Made by a program: the position numbers and the translations under genes
The notes under the pieces: model-generated
Told to the model about the DNA's origin: nothing
The model's database searches: none
The model's input: only the letters and a program-made list of their open reading frames with translations
Part shown: piece by piece, positions 51,491-61,770 of the stretch
Layout of the letters: the number at the start of each line of letters is the position of its first letter
How positions within the stretch are numbered: position 1 is the first letter of the stretch
NCBI GenBank assembly: GCA_002347155.1
Contig: DDXO01000025.1
Coordinates: 10,853 to 74,852 of the forward strand
Direction: 5' to 3'
DNA: 64,000 bases
Source: a candidate division WOR-3 bacterium UBA2258
Lineage (GTDB): Bacteria; Hydrothermota; Tepidihabitantia; Tepidihabitantales; Tepidihabitantaceae

Positions 51491-52843
51491 ATGTCTCTTC
51501 CCTTTAAGAAGGTCCTGATCGCCAACCGCGGCGAGGTGGCGCTGCGCATCATCCGTGCCTGCCGCGAACTGGGCGTGCCGTCTGCCCTGGTCTACTCCGA
51601 GGCCGACCGCGACTCCCTGCCCGTGCTCATTGCCGACGAGGCGGTCTGCATCGGACCATCACCGGCCCCGGACAGCTACACCAACGTCTCGCGCATCCTG
51701 TCGGCTGCCGAGATCACCAAGGCCGACGCGCTCCACCCGGGCTACGGCTTTCTCTCTGAATCGCCGGAGTTCATCGAGGCGACTGAATCCTGCAAGATGA
51801 CGTTCATCGGTCCGACCGTCGAAACCCTGAGGCTGGCGAGGGACAAGGTTCGCATGCGGCAGCTCGCAAGCGGAGCCGGCCTGTTGGTTGTGCCCGGCTC
51901 CGAAGGTGAGGTCGCGGCTGCGGCTGATGCCGCCAAGCTGGCCGGCGAACTCGGCTATCCGGTCCTCGTCAAGGCTGCAGCCGGCCGCGGAGGCATCGGC
52001 ATGCGGCTCGTGAAACGGGACAAGGACATCGAGACCGGATTCCGCATGTGTCAGGCCGAAGCAAAGGCTGCTCTCGGTGACGGCCGGGTCTACATCGAGA
52101 AGCACCTGACCAACGCCCGCCACGTCGAAGTCCAGCTTCTGGCCGACCGCAAGGGCAACGTCGCGTTCCTGCCTGAGCGCGACTGCTCGGTCCAGTTCCG
52201 GTACCGAAAGCTGCTTGAGGAAAGCCCGTCCCCGGCGGTCAACGCCGAACTCCGCAGTACACTCGGGCACCGGGCCTTGGCAATCGGCCGGGCCGTGGGA
52301 TTGACCAACTGCGGGACGGTCGAATTCCTGATGGACGACAAGGAGAACTGCTTCTTCCTTGAGATCAACTGCCGACTGCCGATCGAGCACGCGGTCACGG
52401 AGGCGGTCACGGGTATTGACATCGTCCAGCACCAGCTTCTCTCGGCTGCCGGCGAGGATCTCGCGCTGCCGGCCGAACCGTCCGAGCCCCGGGGCAATGC
52501 AGTCGAGTGTCGCATCAACGCCGAGGACCCGGATGCCGGGTTTGAGCCGAGCTCCGGCCTCGTTACCGACGTGCGGATGCCGGGCGGGCCCGGCATCAGG
52601 GTAGACTCGTACCTCGCGCCCGGCTACGTGATACCGCCGCTCTACGAACCGTTGGTGGCCAAGGTCATCGCCTGGGCACCGGACCGGCCTCAGGCAATCG
52701 CGCGGATGGCCCGGGCTCTGAACGAGACCGCCGTCACCGGGGTAGCGACGACAATCCAGCTCCACCGCCGGCTGATGGAGAGCGGACGGTTCCGGCGCGG
52801 CAAACTCGGTATCGGCATGCTGGACGAGGAGCTGGCCGCGTGA
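51491..52843 (+). CDS. accC: Biotin carboxylase (acetyl-CoA carboxylase subunit)
   Basis: FKKVLIANRGEVALRIIRACRELG, HPGYGFLSE and the ATP-grasp core. ATG 51491; the upstream ORF part is heptad repeat. Confidence 0.92.
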   Translation: MSLPFKKVLIANRGEVALRIIRACRELGVPSALVYSEADRDSLPVLIADEAVCIGPSPAPDSYTNVSRILSAAEITKADALHPGYGFLSESPEFIEATESCKMTFIGPTVETLRLARDKVRMRQLASGAGLLVVPGSEGEVAAAADAAKLAGELGYPVLVKAAAGRGGIGMRLVKRDKDIETGFRMCQAEAKAALGDGRVYIEKHLTNARHVEVQLLADRKGNVAFLPERDCSVQFRYRKLLEESPSPAVNAELRSTLGHRALAIGRAVGLTNCGTVEFLMDDKENCFFLEINCRLPIEHAVTEAVTGIDIVQHQLLSAAGEDLALPAEPSEPRGNAVECRINAEDPDAGFEPSSGLVTDVRMPGGPGIRVDSYLAPGYVIPPLYEPLVAKVIAWAPDRPQAIARMARALNETAVTGVATTIQLHRRLMESGRFRRGKLGIGMLDEELAA

Positions 52844-53553
52844 AAATCAGCGTTGCACACGTTCCCCGCCAGTTCGCCGGCGCCGAGCCAGGTGCGGCGG
52901 TCGTGATGATTGATGTGTTTCGCGCCTCGACCACGATTGCCGCGGCGCTGGCCGGCGGCGCGCGGTTCGTACTGCCGGTTACGGACGTGGAGCAGGCGGT
53001 CAAACTGGCCGAGCCCTACACCGAGAACGAAGTCCTGCTCGGCGGCGAGCGCGAGTGCGAACGCATCGAGGGATTCCAACTCGGCAACTCCCCGCGGGAA
53101 TACACGCGGGAAGTCGTAGCCGGGAAGGTCGTCATTCTGACCACGACCAACGGCACCCAGGCGCTCGCCGCGGCCAAGGACGCCGACACCGTTCTCATCG
53201 GCAGCTTCGTCAACTTCAGCGCGGTTGCCGATGCGATCGCCGGACGCGAAGCCGTCACCATCCTGTGCGCGGGCAACAACGGCCGATTGAGCCTCGAGGA
53301 CTACGCTTGTGCGGGTGGGCTGGTGAACCAGCTTGCGAAGGGGCAATCCCGTCTCGATGACGCTGCGCTGGCTGCCCGCGCAGCCTACCGAAGCCTGAGG
53401 ACCGACCTCGCCCGAGTCCTGACTTCAACCGAACATGCCCTGCGGCTCGCCGGCCTCGGGTTTCGTACAGACCTGGACTTCGCCCTCAAAGTCGATTCGC
53501 TGCCGGTAGTGCCCGTTATGAGCGAAAACAGAATCGCTACCCTGCCAACTTGA
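52840..53553 (+). CDS. 2-phosphosulfolactate phosphatase family protein (ComB-like)
   Basis: VVMIDVFRASTTI, LGGERECERIEGFQLGNSP and ILTTTNGTQAL match the ComB family. GTGA overlap with accC. Confidence 0.7.
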   Translation: MKISVAHVPRQFAGAEPGAAVVMIDVFRASTTIAAALAGGARFVLPVTDVEQAVKLAEPYTENEVLLGGERECERIEGFQLGNSPREYTREVVAGKVVILTTTNGTQALAAAKDADTVLIGSFVNFSAVADAIAGREAVTILCAGNNGRLSLEDYACAGGLVNQLAKGQSRLDDAALAARAAYRSLRTDLARVLTSTEHALRLAGLGFRTDLDFALKVDSLPVVPVMSENRIATLPT

Positions 53554-53727
53554 CTTGTTGCCGGTGCATCCTAGGATTATCCATTGAAACGGCTTTGCTG
53601 GTTCGTCATCACCAAAGGACCGTACCGTGCGCTCGCGGATGGCGCAACCGCACTGCGACACGTTCCCACGAGCATGAGCACAGGATGTGAACGAGTCTTG
53701 TCAGAAAGCCGGACGCGGAGCTGGTAG

Positions 53728-54636
53728 TTGACGGCGCTGCTGACCCGCATCCTGCGACGCACTAACGCCGAGCCGGCTGCCGGCCTTGTTCCCTTCGGCC
53801 CGGACTACGCTCTTGCGGGCGACCGCCTGACGGTCAACTCCGGCCCGCTCGCCGGTTTCGTCCTGCGTATCGAGCGCCGCGTGTCGGACACCAAGGCCGA
53901 CTTCGCGTTCTTCGAAGAATTCGACGCCGACGCGCCGATGTCCGCGCCCCGACCGCCGGCAGTTGCGCACCCGGTCGCCCATTGCCACTTCGACCGTGAC
54001 CCCGACGCCGGCACCGAGACGCTCTGGAGCATTTTCGTCCGGTCTGATTTCCGGCAAATGGGCCTGACCTCGCTGCTGGTACGGCTCACGTTCCGCGAAT
54101 TGCTGGCTACCGGCCGGCGCCACTGGTTCGAAATCCGCAAGCTGATGCAGGTGGACACCGAAGGCCGCAGTCAGGCCCAGGCTCCGGGTAACCCGAAGCC
54201 CGAGAACCCGCAGTTACCCCGCGTTTCGCTTCATAACCTCGGCCTGGGTCTGGTCGCTCTGCGGCTCGGGTTCAGGCCGGAACCGGACCTCGAGCGCCTG
54301 CTGGCTCCGGGCAACGTTAAGGCAGTGCAGACCATCCCGCCTGACCCGCCGAGCCCGCCCGGCCTGCTCGTCCGTCTCGAAAGCCTGCCCGGCCTTCTGG
54401 TCGCTGCACTGCTGGACACCGAAGCCGGGAAACCGCTGACCGACGCCCGCGAGTATGAACGGTTCGTCAGCCCGAAGCAGCTCCTCCGACAGGCGTTCGC
54501 CGGCCAGGCGGTTATCGGCAACATCAACTATATCCTGTCGCGCGCGGCCATCCAGACGTTCGCCGCACGGCTGGCAAAGAACCACGCCGAGTTCAGGCAT
54601 ATCACCGCCGTGCTCCACCGCGGAGCCCAGCACTGA
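53728..54636 (+). CDS. Hypothetical protein (possible degenerate GNAT-like core)
   Basis: 302 aa, TTG start. VRSDFRQMGLTSLLVRLTFRELL is vaguely acetyltransferase motif-A-like. Otherwise unknown. Confidence 0.55.
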   Translation: MTALLTRILRRTNAEPAAGLVPFGPDYALAGDRLTVNSGPLAGFVLRIERRVSDTKADFAFFEEFDADAPMSAPRPPAVAHPVAHCHFDRDPDAGTETLWSIFVRSDFRQMGLTSLLVRLTFRELLATGRRHWFEIRKLMQVDTEGRSQAQAPGNPKPENPQLPRVSLHNLGLGLVALRLGFRPEPDLERLLAPGNVKAVQTIPPDPPSPPGLLVRLESLPGLLVAALLDTEAGKPLTDAREYERFVSPKQLLRQAFAGQAVIGNINYILSRAAIQTFAARLAKNHAEFRHITAVLHRGAQH

Positions 54637-55283
54637 TGCCGGCCAAGCTGAGGCTTGAAGCGCACCGGTCTCTGGAGATATCTGCCGCCGCGCTCAGTCC
54701 TGCGTTCGGCTGCGGCCTGATGCTGCGCAACCTGCCGCGCTTCAACGCCTCCGACCCCCTGCACAACTCCATGGCCAATTACGGCTACGAGAACCTGTTC
54801 GCCGACAAGGCAGCGCAGAAAACCATCGAGAACTCGGGCCTCCTGAAGCAATTCTATGACATCGCGTTTGCCAGCAAGACCCCGCTGCGGCAGAACTTCA
54901 AGAGCGTCTACGGCCACCACGAAGTCTTCATGGCGATTGACGCAACCGCCAAGAGCGCCTGGTTCGTCGCCGACCCGGCCAACCGCATGGCGCTGGCTAA
55001 CTACTACCGCGACGCCCTGGGGCTCAGCCTCAAGCCGCTCGGTGTTATGCTGCTTGGCTCCACTGTCCGCCTCACTTCTGCCGGCTGGCAGAATCTGTAT
55101 GACCTACTCAGCGACAAGTTCTTCAGTGCCCACCCGGGCATCCAGCGCATCGAGATTCTGGGCGTCGAAGGCGGAGCTCGCTATCGGGCCGGCACGCTCG
55201 GAATCGGCGCCAGCCTGTTGAACCTCCGGGATTTTCCGGAAGTCGTGGCAACAGTCGGGGCGGCTTTTCGCAGCGCGACCTAA
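54636..55283 (+). CDS. Hypothetical protein
   Basis: 215 aa. The start abuts the previous stop. No recognisable motif. Confidence 0.55.
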   Translation: MPAKLRLEAHRSLEISAAALSPAFGCGLMLRNLPRFNASDPLHNSMANYGYENLFADKAAQKTIENSGLLKQFYDIAFASKTPLRQNFKSVYGHHEVFMAIDATAKSAWFVADPANRMALANYYRDALGLSLKPLGVMLLGSTVRLTSAGWQNLYDLLSDKFFSAHPGIQRIEILGVEGGARYRAGTLGIGASLLNLRDFPEVVATVGAAFRSAT

Positions 55284-55295
55284 GCACCCGCGCCT

Positions 55296-55850
55296 ATGGC
55301 CGACGAACCCCACAGCTTCATTACCGGCAACCTCTGGCTGAAACTCAAAGAAGACGTTCGCGACTTCCTGGTCTTCAACGCCGAGGACCTCGCCTGCGCT
55401 GCTTATTACCATATCCGCCGGGTCCTGCTGACCCAGCCCGGCTGGACCTGCCGCGCCAATCCGCCGCTTTCGCACGAAAACCAGCCGCCGCTGCCCGCCC
55501 CTGACCTGGCCTTGTTATCGAACGGAAAACTGAACGCGCTCTTCCAGCTGGAATTCCATCTCACGCCCGGCATGGCCGGCGGCTTCCCGACCGCGGTGAT
55601 GAACGAACGGATGGAGTCTCTGCGCCGGGCCGTGGACGAAGCCGACCAGCCGCGCGTTGCCGACTCCGGCCGGGTCGGCCGCGGGTACCTGGTTGCCGTC
55701 TACGACACCCAGGAGGCGTGGTTCTATCCTGACCAGGCAGCCTGGGACCGGCAGTCCTGCTTCTGGCTGCCGGTCAACTGCCGTGACTTCGCCGACTACT
55801 CCGACTGGCGCCAGAAATGGGACCGGATTGCCCGGATATCACCCCGCTAG
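55296..55850 (+). CDS. Hypothetical protein
   Basis: 184 aa, 12 nt after the previous gene. No recognisable motif. Confidence 0.55.
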   Translation: MADEPHSFITGNLWLKLKEDVRDFLVFNAEDLACAAYYHIRRVLLTQPGWTCRANPPLSHENQPPLPAPDLALLSNGKLNALFQLEFHLTPGMAGGFPTAVMNERMESLRRAVDEADQPRVADSGRVGRGYLVAVYDTQEAWFYPDQAAWDRQSCFWLPVNCRDFADYSDWRQKWDRIARISPR

Positions 55851-56030
55851 TGAGGTGTAAGCGAGATACCTCGACAATACGGGAGGCCACGCCGGTGCGG
55901 GTTGAGCATGTCATTCTGAACGAAGTGAAGAATCGTCGGCTCCGAAGACTCTTCGCCCTACGGCTCAGAGAGACAGACCTGCGCGGTGTTGTCGGATGTG
56001 AAGAGCCGTTAGTCACAGGACACTAGTACG

Positions 56031-57791
56031 TTGAAAACAGCGGTCCCGAGACGGATCGAGCGCACCCGAGCCTGCATCGTGCTGCTGGCTCACTGCCTCG
56101 CATGCACCCTGGCCGGCGTCCCGATAATGACGGTTGACCAGCTCAAACCCGGCATGAAAGGCACCGGACGGTCGGTCTTCTTCGGCACCGAAGTCAAGGA
56201 ATTCGGGATCGAGGTCGTTGACATCATGCACAACGTCTCCCCGCGCGGCGACCTGATCCTCTGCCGCCTGTCGGGACAGGGCCTGGAGCAGTCCGGCGTC
56301 GCTGCCGGCATGTCGGGCAGCCCGGTCTACATCGACGGCAAGCTTATCGGCGCGGTCGCATATGCATGGAGCTTCGCCAAGGAACCGCTCGCCGGCGTCA
56401 CGCCGGCGGCCGAGATGCTGCGGATGTGGGACGAACCGGACCGTCCGGAGGGTTCGCGCTCGGGTCGCAGGTCGGGCGGCGCCGGGGCTGCCGGATTCTC
56501 GGCCCTGCCGCTGCCTGTGGCTCTGTCCGGACTCACTCCCGCGCTGGCAGAACTGGTGGAACCGGAGCTGCGAAAGTTCGGCTTCGCGCCGGTGGCTGCT
56601 GCGGGCAGCGCTGCCGGTGCGTTCGACACTGCCGACCTGGTCCCGGGCGCGGCAGTCGGCGTCGCCCTGATTGACGGCGACGTCCGCCTCTCCGGCATCG
56701 GCACGTTGACCTGCCGCGACGGCAACCGGATACTCGCATTCGGCCACCCGATGCTGCTGGCCGGCAACGTCCGGATGCCGCTGGTCGGCGGCGTGATCCA
56801 CTCCGTCGTGCCGTCGGTCGCGGTCTCCTTCAAGCTCTTCTCTCCGAGCGCCCCGCTCGGCACTGTCAACCAGGACCGACTGACCGGCATCGCGGGCAAC
56901 ATCGGCCCGGTGCCTGACATGCTGCCGGTGACTGCTATCGTGTCGTCGCCGTCCGGTCTCGACACCTACCGGTTCCGCGTTATCGAACAGGAAGACATGG
57001 GCCCCATGCTGATTTCCGCCGGCCTGGCCGACGTCGTGTACCAGACCGAGGGGAATCTCGAGGAGATGACCTTGGCCTCCCGCATGACTGTCCGCTTCTC
57101 CTCTTCGGGAACCCCGCCCCCGGCCCCCAGTCCGGCGCCCCCTCCTTTGGTAATCGAGCACGTTTTCAGCGGTGCTAATCCCGCTGCCATGCTGTTCCGC
57201 TCAGCGGGCAACGAACTCGGTGCCCTCTTCGGCAATCAGTTCCTTCCCGCGCCGATTGCGGCGGTCGAGTTCAATATCCGGTTCACGCCGGGCCGCGACC
57301 TCACCTACCTGCTCTCGGCGCGGCCGCAGCTCGCGCGGGTGCGTCCGGGCGATTCGCTCCGGGTTACCCTCGGGCTGCGCGACTACCGCGGAGCCGACTC
57401 CGATACCGTAGTGACGATCCACATTCCCGAACTAACTCCGGAAGGACGACTGCGGATTATCCTCGCCCCGCCCGACTCCCTGCTGGTGCTCGAGGCCATG
57501 CGCGCACCGGCCCGACTCCGGCCCGAGTCATTTGCCGGACTGGTCGAACTCCTCTCGCAGACCGGCCGGGAGAACGAACTGGTGGCCGCCGGCTTCAATT
57601 CCAGACCCGGCTTGACCCTCGCCGGCAAAGAACTCCCCTCTCCGCCGCCCTCGTTGCGCTCGGTCCTGCTCAATCCCCGGTCCGACGAGCAGGTCGCGCC
57701 GACCAGCGACAGCCCGGTCTTCCGCCAGACATTCAGCCTCGGCCGCGTCATCTCCGGGGTGGCGCGGATCGACGTGGAGGTAAAACGATGA
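56031..57791 (+). CDS. SpoIVB-like peptidase S55 domain protein
   Basis: Signal peptide, then GMSGSPVYIDGKLIGAVAYAW. This closely resembles the SpoIVB catalytic-Ser region (GMSGSPI...GAVTHVF). Confidence 0.7.
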   Translation: MKTAVPRRIERTRACIVLLAHCLACTLAGVPIMTVDQLKPGMKGTGRSVFFGTEVKEFGIEVVDIMHNVSPRGDLILCRLSGQGLEQSGVAAGMSGSPVYIDGKLIGAVAYAWSFAKEPLAGVTPAAEMLRMWDEPDRPEGSRSGRRSGGAGAAGFSALPLPVALSGLTPALAELVEPELRKFGFAPVAAAGSAAGAFDTADLVPGAAVGVALIDGDVRLSGIGTLTCRDGNRILAFGHPMLLAGNVRMPLVGGVIHSVVPSVAVSFKLFSPSAPLGTVNQDRLTGIAGNIGPVPDMLPVTAIVSSPSGLDTYRFRVIEQEDMGPMLISAGLADVVYQTEGNLEEMTLASRMTVRFSSSGTPPPAPSPAPPPLVIEHVFSGANPAAMLFRSAGNELGALFGNQFLPAPIAAVEFNIRFTPGRDLTYLLSARPQLARVRPGDSLRVTLGLRDYRGADSDTVVTIHIPELTPEGRLRIILAPPDSLLVLEAMRAPARLRPESFAGLVELLSQTGRENELVAAGFNSRPGLTLAGKELPSPPPSLRSVLLNPRSDEQVAPTSDSPVFRQTFSLGRVISGVARIDVEVKR

Positions 57792-59887
57792 AAGGACCAA
57801 GTTGCAGGGACGAAGGACAGAACCTCCGCGAGGTCGAGCGATTCAGCTCCGCCATTCGTCATTCGTCATTCCTCATTCGGACTTGTCTTGTCCTTTGTAC
57901 TCTGTCCTTGGCACTTGCCTCGGTTTGGACGACTGACGGCACTGACAGCCTGCTCCAGCAACTCGACCGCATCGAGTTCAAGAACGTCTCCATTCACCGC
58001 CAGGGAACCGTCACACTGGCACCGGCTCTCACGGCCGGAACCCTGGACGACGCGGCTGCTGTCTGGCAGACAGCGACCGACCGCAGTGGAAACGTCTATC
58101 TGGCCACCGGGAACCAGGGCCGTCTCTACCGAATCCGTCCACCATCACTCGTCCCCCGTCGCTCATCCCCCGACCTGGTTTTCGACTCCGGGGCCGGCGA
58201 GATCCTCGCACTGACCTCAGACGCGGCCGGCACCATCTACTTTGGCACTACTCCTGGAGGGGAAATCTACCGGGTCCGTCCCGGCGGCAAACCCGAGCTC
58301 CTCTGCTCTACCGGTGAGAGCTACATCCACAGCATCATCGCTGCTCCGACCTCTGGGGCAATCCTCGCTGCCACCGGCGAGCACGGCAAGCTCCTGCGTA
58401 TCTCGTCCACAGGTAGGACAACCGAGGTCTTCACCGCGCGCCAAGCGCACCTGACCGCGTTGACGTGGCTGGTTCCGGGCAAAGAGCTTCTGGTCGGGAC
58501 ATCGCCCGACGGCATCGTGTATCGCCTCAGCTTCACCGCCGGCGACGAACGCCCCGGGGTCTCGGTTCTCTACGACACACCGCTCAATGAAGTCCGAGCC
58601 ATCGCTGCGGACGCTTCCGGCCGCGTCTACATCGGCGCCAACGCCGGTGACGACACTGACTCGGAATCGTCCCGGGCCGTGGTGTACTTCATCGACCGGT
58701 CTGGTGTGCGCCGCTGGCAGTGGTCTGCACCCGACTCCACCGTCTTCGCCCTGGCCCTGACCGACCTGCCCGAACCGCCGCGCCTGCTTGTCGCAACGGG
58801 CGGCAAAGCCATGGTCTACGAACTCGACACACTCGGACGCATGTCGGTACGCTACCGGCTCAGAGAAACCCAGGCCCTCTGCGTCACGCCGCTCCGCTCT
58901 GGAGTCCGCCTCGGCACCGGCAACCCGGGTAAGCTCTACGAAGCCGGCCCCAACTACGCCGACTCAGGCTTCATCACCTCATCGTCGTACGACTGCACCA
59001 ACCCGGCGCGGTTCGGCACGCTCTCGTATCGCGCAGATGTGCCGGCCGGAACCGGTTTGGCCTTCGAGACCCGGTCCGGCAACTCCGAGAAGCCGGACTC
59101 AACCTGGAGTGAGTGGAGTCAGGCCGCCCCGCAGATAGCATCTCCGTCCCGTCGGTACATACAGTGGCGCTGCCGCATGCGCACGTCATTCCCCAATCTC
59201 ACCCCAAAGCTCAGTCGGGTCGATGTCTACTTCCGCTCGGCCAATCTCGCCCCGGTCATCAGGAGAATCGAGATTGCCCAGCCCACGCTCGACGACGCCA
59301 CAAAGGGCACAAACAAGCCAACGCGCCAGGTCACCTGGGATGCAACCGACCCGGATTCCGACTCGCTCTCCTTCGAGGTCTTCTTCCGTGAGGAACGGGA
59401 GACCTTGTGGCTGAAGGTAGGACGCGACATCACCGACAGCCGCTTCGAACTCGACACACGGTCCCTGCCTGACGGCTGGTACGAACTGAAGCTCGTGGCA
59501 AGCGACCAACCGACCGAGCCGGCCGGGGCCGCTCTCACCGCCGAGCGAGTCAGCCGGCCGTTCGTGATCGACAATACCGCACCTGTCATCACCGGCCTTA
59601 CCTCCTCCCTCCTCTCTCCTCCCTCGCCCCTCCTCTGTCGAATCAGCTTCTTTGCCCGGGATGCCCTCTCCCCGATTGCCGCCGCCCGGGTATCGTTCAA
59701 TGCCGGCGACTGGGTCACGCTCGAACCCCAGGACCACATCTTCGATTCCGGCACAGAGGCATTCTCCGCCGACGTCCGTCTTCCGTCCGCGGTCCTCGGT
59801 CTTCCGTCCTTTGTCGTCAGCGTCTGGGTCGCCGACGCGCAAGGCAATGTCGGCGCAGCGCGCACTACCGTGCGTGCCAAGGACTAA
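57788..59887 (+). CDS. Secreted beta-propeller-like repeat protein
   Basis: ATGA overlap with the S55 gene. Recurrent blade-like motifs (GNQGRLYRI, GGEIYRVRPGG, GEHGKLLRIS, SPDGIVYRLS, GGKAMVYELD, GNPGKLYEAG) and C-terminal Ig/FN3-like segments. Confidence 0.65.
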   Translation: MKGPSCRDEGQNLREVERFSSAIRHSSFLIRTCLVLCTLSLALASVWTTDGTDSLLQQLDRIEFKNVSIHRQGTVTLAPALTAGTLDDAAAVWQTATDRSGNVYLATGNQGRLYRIRPPSLVPRRSSPDLVFDSGAGEILALTSDAAGTIYFGTTPGGEIYRVRPGGKPELLCSTGESYIHSIIAAPTSGAILAATGEHGKLLRISSTGRTTEVFTARQAHLTALTWLVPGKELLVGTSPDGIVYRLSFTAGDERPGVSVLYDTPLNEVRAIAADASGRVYIGANAGDDTDSESSRAVVYFIDRSGVRRWQWSAPDSTVFALALTDLPEPPRLLVATGGKAMVYELDTLGRMSVRYRLRETQALCVTPLRSGVRLGTGNPGKLYEAGPNYADSGFITSSSYDCTNPARFGTLSYRADVPAGTGLAFETRSGNSEKPDSTWSEWSQAAPQIASPSRRYIQWRCRMRTSFPNLTPKLSRVDVYFRSANLAPVIRRIEIAQPTLDDATKGTNKPTRQVTWDATDPDSDSLSFEVFFREERETLWLKVGRDITDSRFELDTRSLPDGWYELKLVASDQPTEPAGAALTAERVSRPFVIDNTAPVITGLTSSLLSPPSPLLCRISFFARDALSPIAAARVSFNAGDWVTLEPQDHIFDSGTEAFSADVRLPSAVLGLPSFVVSVWVADAQGNVGAARTTVRAKD

Positions 59888-60004
59888 GTACCAAGGACAA
59901 AGGACTAATCAAGACGGCAAGTGGTGAATTCAAAGGTCGGACCTTGCCAATTTGTCCTTTCCGGTTTGCCTTGTCCTTGGTCCTCTGTACTTAGCGCTTT
60001 CGCC

Positions 60005-60424
60005 GTGAGCATCCCCTATCGCCTCCTCGAACACACCTCCGATATCAAGGTTGAAATCTACGGCGCGGACCTCGACGAGCTCTTCACCAACGCGGCAACC
60101 TGTCTCTCTGACCTGACTCTGAACCTTAACAAAGTCCGGGAAACTCAATCTGTGCCGGTGTCACTCTCGTCGGCCGACCTACCCGAGCTCTTCCTCGACT
60201 GGCTGCGCGAACTCCTCTTTCTCTTCTCGACCCGCTCACTTGCGATTCGCCGGGTCGAAATCCACTCAATCGAGCCGACCAGTATCAAGGCAACGATCTT
60301 TGCTGAGGTTTTCGACCAGGAGCGGCACGGACTCAAGGTCGAAGTCAAGACCCCGACCTACCACCAGTACCGCATCGACCAGACCGCCGAGGGCTACCGC
60401 GCCACCGTCATCCTCGACGTCTAG
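60005..60424 (+). CDS. Archease
   Basis: YRLLEHTSDIKVEIYGADLDELFTNAA at the N-terminus and KTPTYHQYRIDQ near the C-terminus. GTG 60005 gives the normal size of about 139 aa. Confidence 0.8.
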   Translation: MSIPYRLLEHTSDIKVEIYGADLDELFTNAATCLSDLTLNLNKVRETQSVPVSLSSADLPELFLDWLRELLFLFSTRSLAIRRVEIHSIEPTSIKATIFAEVFDQERHGLKVEVKTPTYHQYRIDQTAEGYRATVILDV

Positions 60425-60595
60425 CCCCCATCGCCAAATGGGGACGCTATCCATTTCGTCCCTGCTCGCTTGCAGGCCACACGACTCATCACCCCTACCC
60501 TCTCCTGAAACGAGGAGGGGAACTGCGAACGACGCTGCTCCGTTATCTGCGAAGTCTGCTTGGTCCGCGGGTGGTGTGAAGGCCGGCGCGCCGGG

Positions 60596-61762
60596 TCAGG
60601 TTCGCCGTTTCCAGATGGGCGAGATGGAACGGAGCCGAGCCACTACCTTCTCGAAAACCTCGATGGTATAGTCTATCTCGCTCTCGGTGTTGCCCGGCCC
60701 GAGTGACATGCGCACCGGCGAGTTGGCAAACAGCGGCGGAATGCCGATTGCCTTGATGGTCGGCGACGGCTCGCCGCTCCCGGTCGAGCAGGCCGAGCCC
60801 GAGGCTACGGCCACGCCCTCCATATCGAGGTTCACGAGCAGGGCCTCGCCTTCCACGTAGCCCACGCACACGTGGCAGACGTTCGGCACGCGCCGGGTCG
60901 GATGGCCGTCCACGATGATCTCCGGCACGCGCGCGATAATCGCCTGCTCCAGCTTGTCGCGCAGCCTGCGCTCGTGCTCGGCGTTCCGTTCCCACTCGAC
61001 GGCCAGTATCTCGCAGGCCCTGGCCAGTCCCGCGATGCCGATGATGTTCTCAGTCCCGCCGCGCAGCCCCTTCTCCTGGTGGCCGCCATGCACCAGCGGG
61101 AATACCGTCGTGCCCTCGCGGATGTAGAGCGCGCCCACGCCCTTCGGCCCCTGCAGCTTGTGTGCGGAAATCGTGAGCAGGTCGACGCCCAGCTCGTTCA
61201 CGTCCACCCGGACCTTGCCTGCCGCCGCGACCGCGTCGGTGTGGCTGGTCACCCCGGCTTCACGGCAGATGCGGGCAATCTCGGGTACCGGCTCGATGGT
61301 CCCGATTTCGTTGTTCGCAAGCATCACCGATACAAGTACGGTCTCCGGCGTCAACGCACGCTTGACCTCATCCGGGTCTACGAGTCCGTACCGGTCAACG
61401 GGCAGGTATGTCGCGCGGAACCCCAGCGACTCAAGATAGCGGCAACTTTCAAGCACCGCGCTGTGCTCGATTGAACTGCAGATGACGTGCCTTCCCTGCT
61501 CGGCCCGCGCCAGGGCCGTGCCCTTCACCGCCCAGTTGTCCGATTCGCTGCCGCCGCCCGTGAAGCAAACCTCCTCCGGGCGCGCGCCGAGGAAAGCAGC
61601 CACCTGTTCCCGCGCCGCCGCCATCGGCTCGGCGCATTCCCGGCCGAAGCTGTGGATGTTGGAAGGATTGCCGAACATCCCGTGCAGGTAAGGCTCCATC
61701 GCCGCCGCCACGCGCGGGTCGATGGGCGTCGTCGAGTTATTGTCGAGGTAGACCGGGGGCAC
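60596..61762 (-). CDS. Cysteine desulfurase (NifS/IscS family)
   Basis: VYLDNNSTTPIDPRV, SAHKLQGPKGVGALYIR (PLP Lys) and SGSACSTGS (active Cys). GTG 61762 was chosen because further upstream overlaps lspA. Confidence 0.9.
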   Translation of the reverse strand: MPPVYLDNNSTTPIDPRVAAAMEPYLHGMFGNPSNIHSFGRECAEPMAAAREQVAAFLGARPEEVCFTGGGSESDNWAVKGTALARAEQGRHVICSSIEHSAVLESCRYLESLGFRATYLPVDRYGLVDPDEVKRALTPETVLVSVMLANNEIGTIEPVPEIARICREAGVTSHTDAVAAAGKVRVDVNELGVDLLTISAHKLQGPKGVGALYIREGTTVFPLVHGGHQEKGLRGGTENIIGIAGLARACEILAVEWERNAEHERRLRDKLEQAIIARVPEIIVDGHPTRRVPNVCHVCVGYVEGEALLVNLDMEGVAVASGSACSTGSGEPSPTIKAIGIPPLFANSPVRMSLGPGNTESEIDYTIEVFEKVVARLRSISPIWKRRT

Positions 61763-61770
61763 GCGGGCTG

